A stretch of DNA of 64,000 nt from Arenicellales bacterium (GTDB lineage Bacteria; Pseudomonadota; Gammaproteobacteria; Arenicellales; JAJDZL01), in contig OZ243980.1 in NCBI GenBank assembly GCA_965214875.1, forward strand, positions 1,496,009 through 1,560,008, in the 5' to 3' direction. This document shows positions 10,518 to 20,795 of the stretch, piece by piece. The translations under genes and the position numbers were made by a program. The notes beneath the pieces were generated by a model. That model did not search any database. It was not told the origin of the DNA and saw only the letters and a program-made list of their open reading frames with translations. Position 1 is the first letter of the stretch, and the number at the start of each line of letters is the position of its first letter.

Positions 10518-10831
10518 AGTATCAAACATTTAGTACCTTTCTTTTCGAAGGCGATCGGCTTCATTTTTGCACTTGCTTTAAAATCCATTCTTTCGCGCAT
10601 GATCTGCACCCTCGCAGCCCGATGCGAGGTCGTAAAGCCGATGCCTCGCAATACGCAGGACGATCGTCTTCAGGGTTTGCCGAAACGTCGGGCAGCTTGA
10701 TGAATTGGCGAAAATGTATAATCCCATATCGCTTTCACCCCTATCCTGCCGCAATCGCGGCGCTATCATCGATCAACGCCATCGGTATTGCTGACAATTG
10801 ATGGCTACAGAATGCGAAGATCGTTCTTCGA

Positions 10832-13800
10832 GTGCAAAAAATGAAAGATGCGTCCCCAAGTCTGATATCGACAGCGATTGATCGTCCCATTGCTGTGGTT
10901 GCAGTAGTGCTGATGATCATCCTGTTTGGCCTTGTCGCTTTGCAGACAATACCGATTCAGCTGGCTCCAGATGTGAATCGACCGGTCATCACCATCACCA
11001 CCACTTGGCCGGGTGCCGCACCCGCCGAAGTCGAGCGTGAAATTCTCAATCCGCAGGAAGAGGAACTGTCAGGGCTGGAGAATCTGCGAGACATCACTGG
11101 TCGAGCAGAATCGGGTCGAGCTAGAATCACGTTGGAATTCGATGTGGCAACGAATATGGACAAGGCGCTGCTGCTGGTGTCGAATCGACTCGATCGGATA
11201 TCAAACTATCCAGATGAGGCGCAATCTCCGCAGCTGAACACCGCTGGTAGCGAAGATAACGCGATCGCCTGGTTCACCATTACCCTTGAAGAGGGAAACA
11301 ATCGACCGATTCACGAATACGGACAGTTTGTCGAAGAGGTGATCAAAGAGCGTATTGAGCGCGTTCAGGGAGTTGCGCAGGTAACGGTATTTGGCGGCAG
11401 CGACCCGGAGATGCAGATCATTGTTCAACCGGACAGTCTCGTTCAATTTCAGTTGACCGTCGGCGATGTCATACGTGCGTTGCGTGCTGCCCATGTATCG
11501 CTGTCAGCCGGCGATGTGGAAGAGGGCAAGCGCCGATACATCGTTCGTTCAGAGGGTGAATTGCAAAGCGTCGAATCCATCGCCGGCATTGTTGTGCGAC
11601 CGTCGGCTTCTGGTGCAACCGGTCGTTCCGGCAGCGTGACGATCGGGGATATCGCCGACATTCGCCCATCGTTTAAAGAACCCAGTGCCATCATACGCTT
11701 TCTTGGTCAGCCGGCCATTCCATTCAACGCCACCCGACAGACCGGAGCCAACGTGATCGAGACGATGGAAGGAATTAGAGAGGCGGTAGCAGATCTGCAA
11801 GCCAATGAGATGGCCGGTTCCGGATTGATCCTGCAGCATGTTTACGACGAGACGGTCTACATCAATTCCTCCATTGAACTGGTGCAGCAGAATATTTGGA
11901 TCGGCGGCTTGCTGGCGGCCTTGGTCATGTTGCTGTTTCTGCGTTCATTTCGCGCGACATTTACTGTTTCGCTGGCGATTCCTGTATCGATCATTGGCGC
12001 GTTTGTCGCGATGGCGTTGCTCGGCCGTTCGATTAATGTGGTTTCTCTTGCCGGACTGGCTTTTGCGGTTGGCATGGTGGTAGATGCGGCGATCGTCATA
12101 CTGGAGAACATATTTCGGTTGCGGGAAAAGGGCGAGTCCGCCCGCGCTGCGGCGTTGCGCGGGGCGCAGCAGGTTTGGGGAGCGGTGTTTGTATCGTCTT
12201 TGACGACCGTTATGGTCTTTATTCCGATACTGGTCTCCGACCTTGAAGTGGGGCAGCTGTTCCGTGACATAGCAGTGGCGATTTCGGTGGCCGTGCTACT
12301 TTCTTTGCTTGTATCGATAACCGTCATACCGGCACTATCGCGGGCATTGTTGCGAGATAGCGGTTCTGGCGCAAGCGTGGTTCGAATGCGCTTGCCGGTG
12401 ATTGATGACGTTGCCGACAGGTTTGTGGAGCTCATTACACGCATGACAAGTCTGCTGACTCGGCACAGGACTATCGCGTTGGCGTGGGTTGGTGCGATCA
12501 CGCTTGCGGCAGGATTTGTTTTCGTTAGATTCTTGCCCAGTCTGGAATACTTGCCGGAAGGCAACAACAATTTGATATTCGGGTTGATTGTGCCGCCGCC
12601 GGGATACAATCTTGAGACGACTACCGATATCGCAGGCAGAATAGAAAATGCCATCCGTCCGCATTGGTCGTCGGAAGCGGGGTCGGAAGCCAGTGCCGAC
12701 GGTCCGCCGATGATTGAGCGATTCTTTTTTGTCTCGGCGCGTTCACAGATGTTTGTCGGCGCGACATCGTCTGACCCAAGCCGTGTTGCGGAACTTATAC
12801 CAATTCTGCAAACTCCGGTGTTTAGCGAGCCAGGCACCTTTGGATTCATGAGTCAGCCGTCTATATTTGGGCGCGGACTTGGAGCGGGTCGCAAGATCGA
12901 TCTTGACGTGTCTGGTGCATCGTTGGAGCAGATACTCGGCGTTGCTACACGCGCGGCGGGCAAGATTCTGCAGGTTATGCCACGCAGTGAGGGGCATCAG
13001 TTCCGCCCGAACCCTGGACTTGAACTTGGCGTGCCTGAATTGCGCATCATTCCAGATCGAGAACGGCTAGCAGATAACGGGCTGTCAGCGACAGATCTCA
13101 GCGTTGCGGTTGATGTCTTCAATGACGGCCTTCGCATCGATCAAACCATGTATGAAGGGCGTCAGATCGATTTGACTTTGCTCGGGGCGACCAACACCGT
13201 ACAGGCCACTCAGGAAATCGCAAACTTGCCGGTTGTAACACCGTCAGGAAGAATTGTTCCGGTTGGCTCGATAGCGACCGTCGAAATGACGGCGGGCCCC
13301 ACTGAGATACGGCATCGTGAGCGAGTGCGGACCATCACTTTGGAAGTTCGTCCGGCCCCGACACTTACGATTGAAGAAGCGATTGACATTATCCGGCAGG
13401 ATGTGATTGCGCCATTGCAAGAAGAAGGAGTCCCGCAAGATGTTCGATTCTCGCTGTCCGGCACTGCTAATGCGCTTGAAAAGACATGGAATGCGATGGT
13501 GATCGACCTGTTCGTAGCGCTCGTCATCGTCTATCTGGTGATGGCGATACTGTTTGAAAGTTTTGTCTATCCGCTGATCATCATGTTGTCGGTACCGGTG
13601 GCCGCAGCTGGCGGGGTTGCCGGTCTTGCAGTGCTGAATACCTATGTCTACCAGCCTCTTGACATGCTGACAATGCTTGGCTTCGTGATTCTGATCGGCA
13701 TTGTTGTCAACAATGCTATTTTGCTTGTGCATCGCTCGTTGCAGAATATGCGAAGCGGTGAGTTTTCTGGTAGCGAGGCGATCATTCAGGCGACTCGAAA

Positions 13801-14056
13801 CCGGATTCGTCCCATCTTCATGTCGACCTTCACCAGTGTTTGCGGGATGCTGCCCTTGGTGCTCTTCCCTGGTGCCGGCTCTGAACTTTATCGCGGCTTA
13901 GGCTCGGTGGTTGTCGGAGGATTGTCGATGTCGGCGCTTTTGACGCTGTTCATGGTTCCTCCGCTGACTGCAATATTGGTCATTCCACTTGAGCGGAGAC
14001 GGAAGCGAAAAAAGGCGGTTTCAACCTCTGATGCTTTGACCAACCCTGCATCTTGA
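10832..14056 (+). CDS. RND efflux transporter permease (AcrB/HAE-type), no adaptor gene adjacent
   Basis: 1074 aa with N-terminus ..LISTAIDRPIAVVAVVLMIILFGLVAL.., 12-TM topology with two large periplasmic loops, and VGMVVDAAIVILENI / GIVVNNAILLV motifs. Confidence 0.9.
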   Translation: MQKMKDASPSLISTAIDRPIAVVAVVLMIILFGLVALQTIPIQLAPDVNRPVITITTTWPGAAPAEVEREILNPQEEELSGLENLRDITGRAESGRARITLEFDVATNMDKALLLVSNRLDRISNYPDEAQSPQLNTAGSEDNAIAWFTITLEEGNNRPIHEYGQFVEEVIKERIERVQGVAQVTVFGGSDPEMQIIVQPDSLVQFQLTVGDVIRALRAAHVSLSAGDVEEGKRRYIVRSEGELQSVESIAGIVVRPSASGATGRSGSVTIGDIADIRPSFKEPSAIIRFLGQPAIPFNATRQTGANVIETMEGIREAVADLQANEMAGSGLILQHVYDETVYINSSIELVQQNIWIGGLLAALVMLLFLRSFRATFTVSLAIPVSIIGAFVAMALLGRSINVVSLAGLAFAVGMVVDAAIVILENIFRLREKGESARAAALRGAQQVWGAVFVSSLTTVMVFIPILVSDLEVGQLFRDIAVAISVAVLLSLLVSITVIPALSRALLRDSGSGASVVRMRLPVIDDVADRFVELITRMTSLLTRHRTIALAWVGAITLAAGFVFVRFLPSLEYLPEGNNNLIFGLIVPPPGYNLETTTDIAGRIENAIRPHWSSEAGSEASADGPPMIERFFFVSARSQMFVGATSSDPSRVAELIPILQTPVFSEPGTFGFMSQPSIFGRGLGAGRKIDLDVSGASLEQILGVATRAAGKILQVMPRSEGHQFRPNPGLELGVPELRIIPDRERLADNGLSATDLSVAVDVFNDGLRIDQTMYEGRQIDLTLLGATNTVQATQEIANLPVVTPSGRIVPVGSIATVEMTAGPTEIRHRERVRTITLEVRPAPTLTIEEAIDIIRQDVIAPLQEEGVPQDVRFSLSGTANALEKTWNAMVIDLFVALVIVYLVMAILFESFVYPLIIMLSVPVAAAGGVAGLAVLNTYVYQPLDMLTMLGFVILIGIVVNNAILLVHRSLQNMRSGEFSGSEAIIQATRNRIRPIFMSTFTSVCGMLPLVLFPGAGSELYRGLGSVVVGGLSMSALLTLFMVPPLTAILVIPLERRRKRKKAVSTSDALTNPAS

Positions 14057-14123
14057 TGAGCGAGCGGCTGACTAAATTGGCAAAACGATAGAAAAACTTT
14101 TCAGCACTATCGCCAAGCGCAAT

Positions 14124-14744
14124 TCAGGATATCGGGAGGCTATTATTTGAGCCAGTTGCGGGAGGAAACGAAGGTTCGGTCGGCTGTCGCGGTTGTTCAG
14201 GAATAATGATCTCACCGCTCTCTTCAGTTTCTCCTTGCCACTGCTGCATCAAGGTGTCGCGTTGCATCCAAGTCGCAACCCCAGCGGCCAGAATCATTAT
14301 GATCAAAAGCGCGATAGTGCTACGAATGAAAACCGATCGATAATTGATAGGTTCGCGAGTTGATCGCGATTGCATGGATGATTGCAGAACGTATGGCGGC
14401 ATCTGCGAGAAAGGCACCATTCCAAGATCCGGATCGTTCTCGATTAATTCGTCGGCATTTAGCTTCAGGTGTTTGGCATATGCTCGAACATAGCCTGTTG
14501 CATAGGTTTTTCCGGGCAATTCATGAAAATCATTATTCTCGATCGCCGTTATGCCTTCGACGGTAATTTTGAGAGTTTCGGATACTTCCTCGACTGTGAT
14601 TCCGAGCTCTTTGCGCACAGTAGCAAGGCGCTCGCCAGTGCTGATGCGCGCAGCAATCGTCGGGACTTCCTCATTGGAAGCAGAAATCGGCCAAGAAAAT
14701 AGGTGTTTAGCGGATTTTTCCAAGTTGCTTGCTCGTATCGGCAA
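14124..14744 (-). CDS. Helix-turn-helix membrane protein, RodZ-like N-terminal part
   Basis: GERLATVRKELGITVEEVSETLKITVEGITAIENNDFHELPGKTYATGYVRAYAKHLKL is the RodZ/HTH_25 signature, followed by one TM segment. The C-terminal DUF4115 part is absent. Confidence 0.6.
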   Translation of the reverse strand: MPIRASNLEKSAKHLFSWPISASNEEVPTIAARISTGERLATVRKELGITVEEVSETLKITVEGITAIENNDFHELPGKTYATGYVRAYAKHLKLNADELIENDPDLGMVPFSQMPPYVLQSSMQSRSTREPINYRSVFIRSTIALLIIMILAAGVATWMQRDTLMQQWQGETEESGEIIIPEQPRQPTEPSFPPATGSNNSLPIS

Positions 14745-14854
14745 CCCGCATCAGATGCATCGTGCAACACGAGCGCACCTTAATAGACAGTGTGTGTGCA
14801 ACACATTTTCAGTGAATTAATTGTAGCGGTACTTTGACTGTTTTGTCAACCAAA

Positions 14855-15265
14855 TGTACTGGTTCAATACATATGAGACTTTTCAGGCGGCAAGCGCCCT
14901 TTGTCCGAAGTTTTCATTATACGCCTGCATGGGCACCGTTTGTCCGAGCGCCTGATGCGGGCGATAGGCGTTGCAGAAGCGCTCGAATTCGGCCAGCTCG
15001 ACGTTCAGGGCGCCCACGCTCAGCTCGCCGTCGTAGAACTGGTGGAACTCGTAGTGGCCTGTGGCGGTGGCATGTTTCACGCAGCCGTTGCAATCCGACT
15101 TTATCGATGATCTGTAGCGAAATTTTGCCGCAAATCGAGGCGATAGGATTTCTGATGCGGATATTTGATTTGCATGACGCTTTCTCCCGCTTTTCGATGG
15201 CAAGATTTTTGCTAAGCGACATGCCGTCTGAAAATTTTCGCCCGTCTGTCTATTCCTTCCGGATT
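14855..15265 (-). mobile_element. IS481-like element, copy A (about 410-bp internal-deletion derivative, diverged and AT-enriched)
   Basis: The right end TGTACTGGTTCAATACATATGAG at 14855 (read on +) and ~250 bp of transposase 3' end (..YEFHQFYDGELSVGALNVELAEFERFCNAYRPHQALGQTVPMQAYNENF) are joined to a degenerate left end (..ttttcgcccgtctgtctattccttccgga). It is homologous to copies B-D. Confidence 0.6.
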
Positions 15266-15324
15266 GCGTCCTGTGAGAAGAGGCGGGTGCGCTGTTTATG
15301 GCAATCGATAGCTGCCTTTGCTGG

Positions 15325-15777
15325 CTAACCGACGATGTAGACACCAGTTCCGACAGCAATCAAGGCATTTTGGTCGTTATGCAGTTCCATTCGAGTCACT
15401 GACAATTTGTTGCCTGTCCGCAATACGAGCGCACTAGCAATGAATTGATTTCCCAGACCGGGGCGCAGGTAATCGACTCGAATATCAATCGTGCTCATTC
15501 GCGAAAATTGCTCAATCATTTCATTTCGTGTTTTCAGACTTTTGAGCTGAATGCTGTCTACAAGCGCAACTGCGCCGCCGGCGATGTCAAGAAGACTAGA
15601 AATTACGCCGCCGTGCAGGTTTCCTCGCATGAAGTTGCCGACAAATTTGTCTTTTTTTTCGATGATGATCTTTGGAGCTTGAGCCTCGATGCCGACAACT
15701 TTCAGGCCAAGCAGTTCGTGGAACGGAATATTCCGTTCGTATATTTGGCGAATAAATTCCCATGGATCGGTGTTCAT
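15325..15777 (-). CDS. Hotdog-fold acyl-CoA thioesterase (PaaI/YigI-like)
   Basis: MNTDPWEFIRQIYERNIPFHELLGLKV...NLHGGVISSLLDIAGG is the typical PaaI-family thioesterase core. The start is set to ATG 15777. Confidence 0.7.
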   Translation of the reverse strand: MNTDPWEFIRQIYERNIPFHELLGLKVVGIEAQAPKIIIEKKDKFVGNFMRGNLHGGVISSLLDIAGGAVALVDSIQLKSLKTRNEMIEQFSRMSTIDIRVDYLRPGLGNQFIASALVLRTGNKLSVTRMELHNDQNALIAVGTGVYIVG

Positions 15778-16022
15778 GCTAAATTGTCCTGGCACTAGAA
15801 TTCATGCAATTAAGTTTTTTGGGATTTAAGAGGCCCGGGCGCTTCTTGGCGAATGGGAAGTGCGATGCTTATGTGTTAAAACTTCACTCTTAGAAAGCGC
15901 AAGAATGCTGTTAGTCAGGATTATATACGGGAGCTTGAATCTGGCCGCCCGACCATGACTGATCTTGAATTTCGCAATAGATGCCAAAACCCGACCGATG
16001 CCGTTTGCCGAAGGAGATGAAA

Positions 16023-16523
16023 ATGCAACATATCCGGCTTATGTCGAATTTCAACGCTTGGGCAAACAAGTTGATCTATGCGGTTTGCTCGCAATTGAGC
16101 GATCAAGAATACCGGATCGACCGTAAAGCCTTTTTGGGATCGATCCGCCACATGCTCAATCATCTCATCCTTGTTGATCGCATTTGGATCTGTCGATTCC
16201 TTGGTTACGAGGATTCTGAAATTCACTCGCTTGATCAGATCTTGTTTGACGACTTTGAGGAATTGCAGCAAGCCAGAATTGATGAGGACCAAAGATTGAT
16301 CGACTTGATTGACTCGATCGATCAGTCTCAACTCGACCAGATTCTCCAATATAAACCGATGTGCGGTGAAAACACGAATTACGCTTTCGAGCAAATCCTT
16401 CTTACCGTATTCAATCATCAGACTCATCATCGCGGTCAAGTCCACGCGATGCTTACGCAATGCGGTCGAAAAGTTCCTGGCATGGATCTGATAGACTACC
16501 TGGCGGAACTGACACCCGGTTGA
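16023..16523 (+). CDS. DinB-family metal-dependent protein
   Basis: NFNAWANKLIY...IRHMLNHLILVDRIW...NHQTHHRGQVHAML shows the DinB His triad pattern. AAGGAG lies 6 nt upstream of ATG 16023. Confidence 0.75.
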   Translation: MQHIRLMSNFNAWANKLIYAVCSQLSDQEYRIDRKAFLGSIRHMLNHLILVDRIWICRFLGYEDSEIHSLDQILFDDFEELQQARIDEDQRLIDLIDSIDQSQLDQILQYKPMCGENTNYAFEQILLTVFNHQTHHRGQVHAMLTQCGRKVPGMDLIDYLAELTPG

Positions 16524-16702
16524 TTTGCAGGGGATTATGCCGATGCAAAAATATTGCGCTTCGCTACCAATGCATCCAGCTGGCTCGCAGATTTTTGTGC
16601 TGCGCTATTTACAACACGCTCGCGCCGTAGTATTCTCATATCTGGTATTTGGTATACCAGATACCTTCTAAATAACTATTTTTAGCAATTGAGGAGAAAG
16701 TG

Positions 16703-17710
16703 ATGTCAAAAATAAATTCAAAAGCCAAGATGACGGCCGCATTTGCCGCTGTCGCTATGGCCACGACTGTGGGATTGCAGTCACCCGCCATGGCGGACTG
16801 GTCTCCGAAAAAACCTATCGAGCTGATCATCATGGCAGGTGCCGGGGGCGGTGCTGACCAGATCGCGCGGTTGTTGCAAGGTTTGGCAGAGCAAAAGGAC
16901 TTGTCTCCGCGACCAATCATACCGATCAACAAGCCGGGCGGTTCCGGAGCGGAAGCATTGCGCTATATTCAGGATAAAGAGGGCGACGATCATACTATTT
17001 TGGTGACCTTGAACAGCTTCTACACCACGCCGGTTATTCAGCAAGGCATTGGCGTAGACGTGTCGAACTTCACGCCGATCGGCCGTATGGCAATCGATAA
17101 CTTTGTGCTGTGGGTGAACTCTTCGCGTGACGATATTACTGACCTCGATAGCTATGTAGGCGCTGTGAAGTCCGCAGGCAAGAACTGGAAGGTTGGTGGA
17201 ACCGGCACGGGTCAAGAGGATTCCATTCTGACTGCGATGATGGAGAACGAGTTCGACTATGAAGTGACCTATATCCCATTTCCTGGCGGCGGCACCGTTG
17301 CCAAGAATCTGGTGGGCAATCATATCGACTCGACTGTGAACAATCCGGCAGAGCAAAACGAGTTCTACCGCGCAGGCGAGACTAAACCGATCGTGCAGTT
17401 TACTGCCGAGCGGCTGGCTGCGTATCCTGACGTGCCAACCGCCAAGGAACTTGGCATCGATATGCAATACTATATGCAGCGCTCGATCAACGGGCCTCCG
17501 GGAATGTCCCCAGAAGCGCAGCAGTGGTACATTGATCTGTTCAAGACTTTGTTTGACTCTGCTGAATGGCAGCAATTCTGCACCGACGATGGCCTTGCAT
17601 GCGATCAGTGGCTAGCAGGCGACGACCTTGGAATGTATCACCAAGAGCAGATCGCTTTGCATAAGGATTTGATCGAATCGGTCGGCGCTTCCGCTATCAC
17701 AGGCGAATAA
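16703..17710 (+). CDS. tctC: Tripartite tricarboxylate transporter substrate-binding protein (TctC/Bug family)
   Basis: Signal peptide, then KPIELIIMAGAGGGADQIARLL...NKPGGSGAEAL. GAGGAG RBS lies 6 nt upstream. It is followed by tctB and tctA. Confidence 0.85.
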   Translation: MSKINSKAKMTAAFAAVAMATTVGLQSPAMADWSPKKPIELIIMAGAGGGADQIARLLQGLAEQKDLSPRPIIPINKPGGSGAEALRYIQDKEGDDHTILVTLNSFYTTPVIQQGIGVDVSNFTPIGRMAIDNFVLWVNSSRDDITDLDSYVGAVKSAGKNWKVGGTGTGQEDSILTAMMENEFDYEVTYIPFPGGGTVAKNLVGNHIDSTVNNPAEQNEFYRAGETKPIVQFTAERLAAYPDVPTAKELGIDMQYYMQRSINGPPGMSPEAQQWYIDLFKTLFDSAEWQQFCTDDGLACDQWLAGDDLGMYHQEQIALHKDLIESVGASAITGE

Positions 17711-17896
17711 GCCAATTATCCATCGTTTGTTCCCGATTGGATTCTGCCGAAGCGGAGTAGCGTTTGCGCTGCTCCGCTTCGGTGCAGATCTCAATTTTTC
17801 GCTCCGCATTTTTCAGAGAAGCTCGGAGAACACGCAAACTTTGATCGCTCGGCCGTCGATTTCAGCAATGGCGGACGAAGCATGCAGGAGATAGCC

Positions 17897-18403
17897 ATGA
17901 CAGTTCGGACTGCAGAACTCGTATTCGCCATACTGCTCGCGTTGTGCTCAATTGGTCTGATGATCAAAAGTGCCGAGCTCAGAATCGATTGGGTGCCCGG
18001 CCGCGGCCCGGGATCAGGAGCTTGGCCGTTCTGGCTGTCAGCAGGCATGCTGCTCGCATGCATTGCCACGATCTATAGATGGTTCCGGAAGATTACGCCG
18101 GAATCGAACAACCTTGAACCCTACATGACGCGCGAGACCGCTTTTCTGGTGGGAATTTCAGCTGGCTCTATCGTCTTTCTGCTAGTGGTGACTCATCTGC
18201 TCGGAATCTATGTCGCGCTGTTTCTCTTTTTGCTGTTCTACCTTAAGTTTATCGGTCATCACTCATGGCTGACAACATTTGCGCTCACACTCATTGTGCC
18301 AATATCCATTTTCTGCCTTTTTGAATGGGCGTTGAAGATACCTCTGCCAAAGTCGGTTACCGAACCGATGTTCTATCCGATCTACGATTTGATGTATTCG
18401 TAA
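17897..18403 (+). CDS. tctB: Tripartite tricarboxylate transporter small membrane subunit TctB
   Basis: A ~168-aa 4-TM protein between tctC and tctA. The assignment rests on position and topology. Confidence 0.7.
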   Translation: MTVRTAELVFAILLALCSIGLMIKSAELRIDWVPGRGPGSGAWPFWLSAGMLLACIATIYRWFRKITPESNNLEPYMTRETAFLVGISAGSIVFLLVVTHLLGIYVALFLFLLFYLKFIGHHSWLTTFALTLIVPISIFCLFEWALKIPLPKSVTEPMFYPIYDLMYS

Positions 18404-18452
18404 TGCGGCAACAGATGAAACTTTCGCTGAAATACGAAAACGCAATATAGCC

Positions 18453-19982
18453 ATGGAAACGATTCTGGTACACCTTGCTGGTGGGCTTGCGCAGGCGGTT
18501 GAGCCGCTTAATCTGACCATGATCATTGTCGGATGCACATTAGGTCTGCTCATTGGCGCTATGCCCGGCCTCGGCTCAGTCAATGGCGTTGCCATTCTTT
18601 TGCCGATCACTTTTCTGGTGCCGCCAACCTCGGCCATCATCTTTCTTGCCGCAATCTACTATGGCGCGATGTATGGAGGTGCGATCAGCTCGATAACGCT
18701 TGGCATTCCAGGCGCTTCGACTGCAGTGGCGACGGTATTTGATGGCAGGCCACTTGCCCAGGCGGGCCATGCAGATCGCGCGCTTACCGCTGCGGCACTG
18801 GCTTCATTCATTGGCGGAACCATTTCAGTCGTGCTGTTTACTGCGTTCGCGCCGCCGCTTGCTTCATTTGCGCTGAAGTTCGGACCGCCAGAAGAGTTCG
18901 CTCTGATGGTGATGGCCTTTGCCACATTTATTGGTCTTGGTGGCGATGATATTCCAAAGACCGTGTTTTCGATTTTGATCGGACTTGTTCTGGCTGCTGT
19001 CGGACTTGACATTATTTCGGGGCAGCCGCGTCTTATTTTCGGAGATATTGACGGGTTTCTTCATGGCATCAATTTTTTAGTGCTCGCCATCGGCATCTAC
19101 GGCATCGGTGAGATGCTTTGGACTTTGGAGACCACCAAGGGCAAAGTGATGGTGCACAAGGTCTTGATCTCATGGAGCCGGATGAAGCATAACTTCAAGG
19201 ATCTATCGTACTATATCAAGACCACCACCTTAGGTTCGATGCTCGGCTATTTCGTCGGAACGCTTCCTGCGGCCGGCGCGACTCCAGCCTCGCTGATGTC
19301 ATACGGTCTGGCAAAGACCTTCAGCAAGGATCCTGACAGTTTCGGCAAGGGCAATGTGTCGGGTGTTGCGGCGCCCGAAGCGGCAAACAATGCCGCTTCT
19401 ACTGGCTCGATGCTGCCGATGATCACGCTGGGCATTCCTGGCTCGCCTACGACCGCCATCTTGCTCGGCGGCATGATTATCTGGGGGTTGAGGCCGGGGC
19501 CGCTTTTGTTTACGGAAAATCCTGAATTTGTCTGGGGTCTAATCGGGTCGCTGTATATTGCAAACTTTGCCACTTTGTTGATCAACTTGGCATTTATTCC
19601 GTTATTCGTCAAGATCCTTACACTGCCATTCAGCATCTTGGCTCCGGTCATCTACATTTTGTGCGTGGTCGGAGGCTATGCGCCGACACAGACAATGCAT
19701 GACGTATGGCTTATGCTGCTATTCGGCGTGGCCGGCTATTTGCTGAGGAAGCTCAACTACCCGGTCGCGCCGGCGGTGTTGGCGATTGTGCTTGGTCCGC
19801 TAGCTGAACGGTCCATGAGGCAGTCGCTGCTAGCCTCTCAGGGCGATGTCAGCATTTTTATCACGCGACCGATATCGGGCATTTGCATTGCAATTGCGCT
19901 GGCGCTGATCTGCTACCCGCTGTATCAAAAGTTTGCTCGTCGAAAGCGCGAAAATCTCGGCATGGACGCCGGACAGGGGTAG
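18453..19982 (+). CDS. tctA: Tripartite tricarboxylate transporter large permease TctA
   Basis: 509 aa with GCTLGLLIGAMPGLGSVNGVAILLPITF and GIPGSPTTAILLGG motifs typical of TctA. Confidence 0.85.
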   Translation: METILVHLAGGLAQAVEPLNLTMIIVGCTLGLLIGAMPGLGSVNGVAILLPITFLVPPTSAIIFLAAIYYGAMYGGAISSITLGIPGASTAVATVFDGRPLAQAGHADRALTAAALASFIGGTISVVLFTAFAPPLASFALKFGPPEEFALMVMAFATFIGLGGDDIPKTVFSILIGLVLAAVGLDIISGQPRLIFGDIDGFLHGINFLVLAIGIYGIGEMLWTLETTKGKVMVHKVLISWSRMKHNFKDLSYYIKTTTLGSMLGYFVGTLPAAGATPASLMSYGLAKTFSKDPDSFGKGNVSGVAAPEAANNAASTGSMLPMITLGIPGSPTTAILLGGMIIWGLRPGPLLFTENPEFVWGLIGSLYIANFATLLINLAFIPLFVKILTLPFSILAPVIYILCVVGGYAPTQTMHDVWLMLLFGVAGYLLRKLNYPVAPAVLAIVLGPLAERSMRQSLLASQGDVSIFITRPISGICIAIALALICYPLYQKFARRKRENLGMDAGQG

Positions 19983-20059
19983 GCCGCTGAGGCCTATTGC
20001 TGTCATCGACAGTCAAAATGCGTCTGAATTAATCGTGTGAGAGCCGCAGGCCACGACCC

Positions 20060-20755
20060 ATGAATACCGCAGCATTTGAACTTCTGGACCCTATTCCAGA
20101 AGCGCTGACCTTGAAAGTGTCGGTGTATAAGGCGATACGCGAAGCGATTGGCAACATGGATATCTACTCCAGCCGCCAGCCGCTGAAGCTGGATGAGCGA
20201 ATGCTGGCGAAGACGCTTGGCGTCAGCAGAACCCCGGTGCGCGAAGCCATATCGCTGCTCGAACAAGAAGGTCTAGTCAAAACGCATTCGCGACATGGAA
20301 CTTTTGTGGTTAGAAAGAATAAATCGGAGATACTCGAAATCGTATATGTCTGGGCAGGGCTTGAAAGCGTAGCGGCACGCCTTGCGACTAAGAATGCCAG
20401 CGATGACGAAATCGAGTCGCTGCGCCGGATGTTTGTTACCTTCGAAGGCCGCAATGTGGCACAAGCCAAGATTGACGAATATTCCAAGACCAATATTGAA
20501 TTTCACAAGCGACTGATCGAGCTCAGTCGCAGCGAACTGCTGAATGAGCTTACCGACCGGCTGTTCATGCATATGCGAGCTATTAGAAGAACCACGATCG
20601 GCGAGCGGGACCGGGCGGTCAAATCGGTGATCGACCATATGCGGATCATCCATGCACTGGAAGTGCGCGATGCCTGCTTGGCGGAGCGGCTGGTACGCGA
20701 GCATGCGATGAATTTAGCCATGCACATCGAAATGCATGTGGACTACCTGGATTGA
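20060..20755 (+). CDS. GntR-family transcriptional regulator (FadR/FCD subfamily)
   Basis: The N-terminal wHTH ...LDERMLAKTLGVSRTPVREAISLLEQEGLV is followed by a helical FCD-like domain. Confidence 0.85.
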   Translation: MNTAAFELLDPIPEALTLKVSVYKAIREAIGNMDIYSSRQPLKLDERMLAKTLGVSRTPVREAISLLEQEGLVKTHSRHGTFVVRKNKSEILEIVYVWAGLESVAARLATKNASDDEIESLRRMFVTFEGRNVAQAKIDEYSKTNIEFHKRLIELSRSELLNELTDRLFMHMRAIRRTTIGERDRAVKSVIDHMRIIHALEVRDACLAERLVREHAMNLAMHIEMHVDYLD

Positions 20756-20795
20756 ACAATATTGACCAATTATAGTGATAGAGGATAACGATTAA

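Noticed and set aside
9809-10651. A 280-aa minus-strand ORF overlapping the 3' end of the molybdenum-hydroxylase large subunit
   Set aside because: It overlaps a well-supported gene over 360 bp, and its sequence is Arg/Ser-rich and featureless. It is treated as spurious.
11857-12849. A 330-aa minus-strand ORF inside the RND permease gene
   Set aside because: It is fully embedded antisense in a strongly supported 1074-aa transporter gene and has no motifs.
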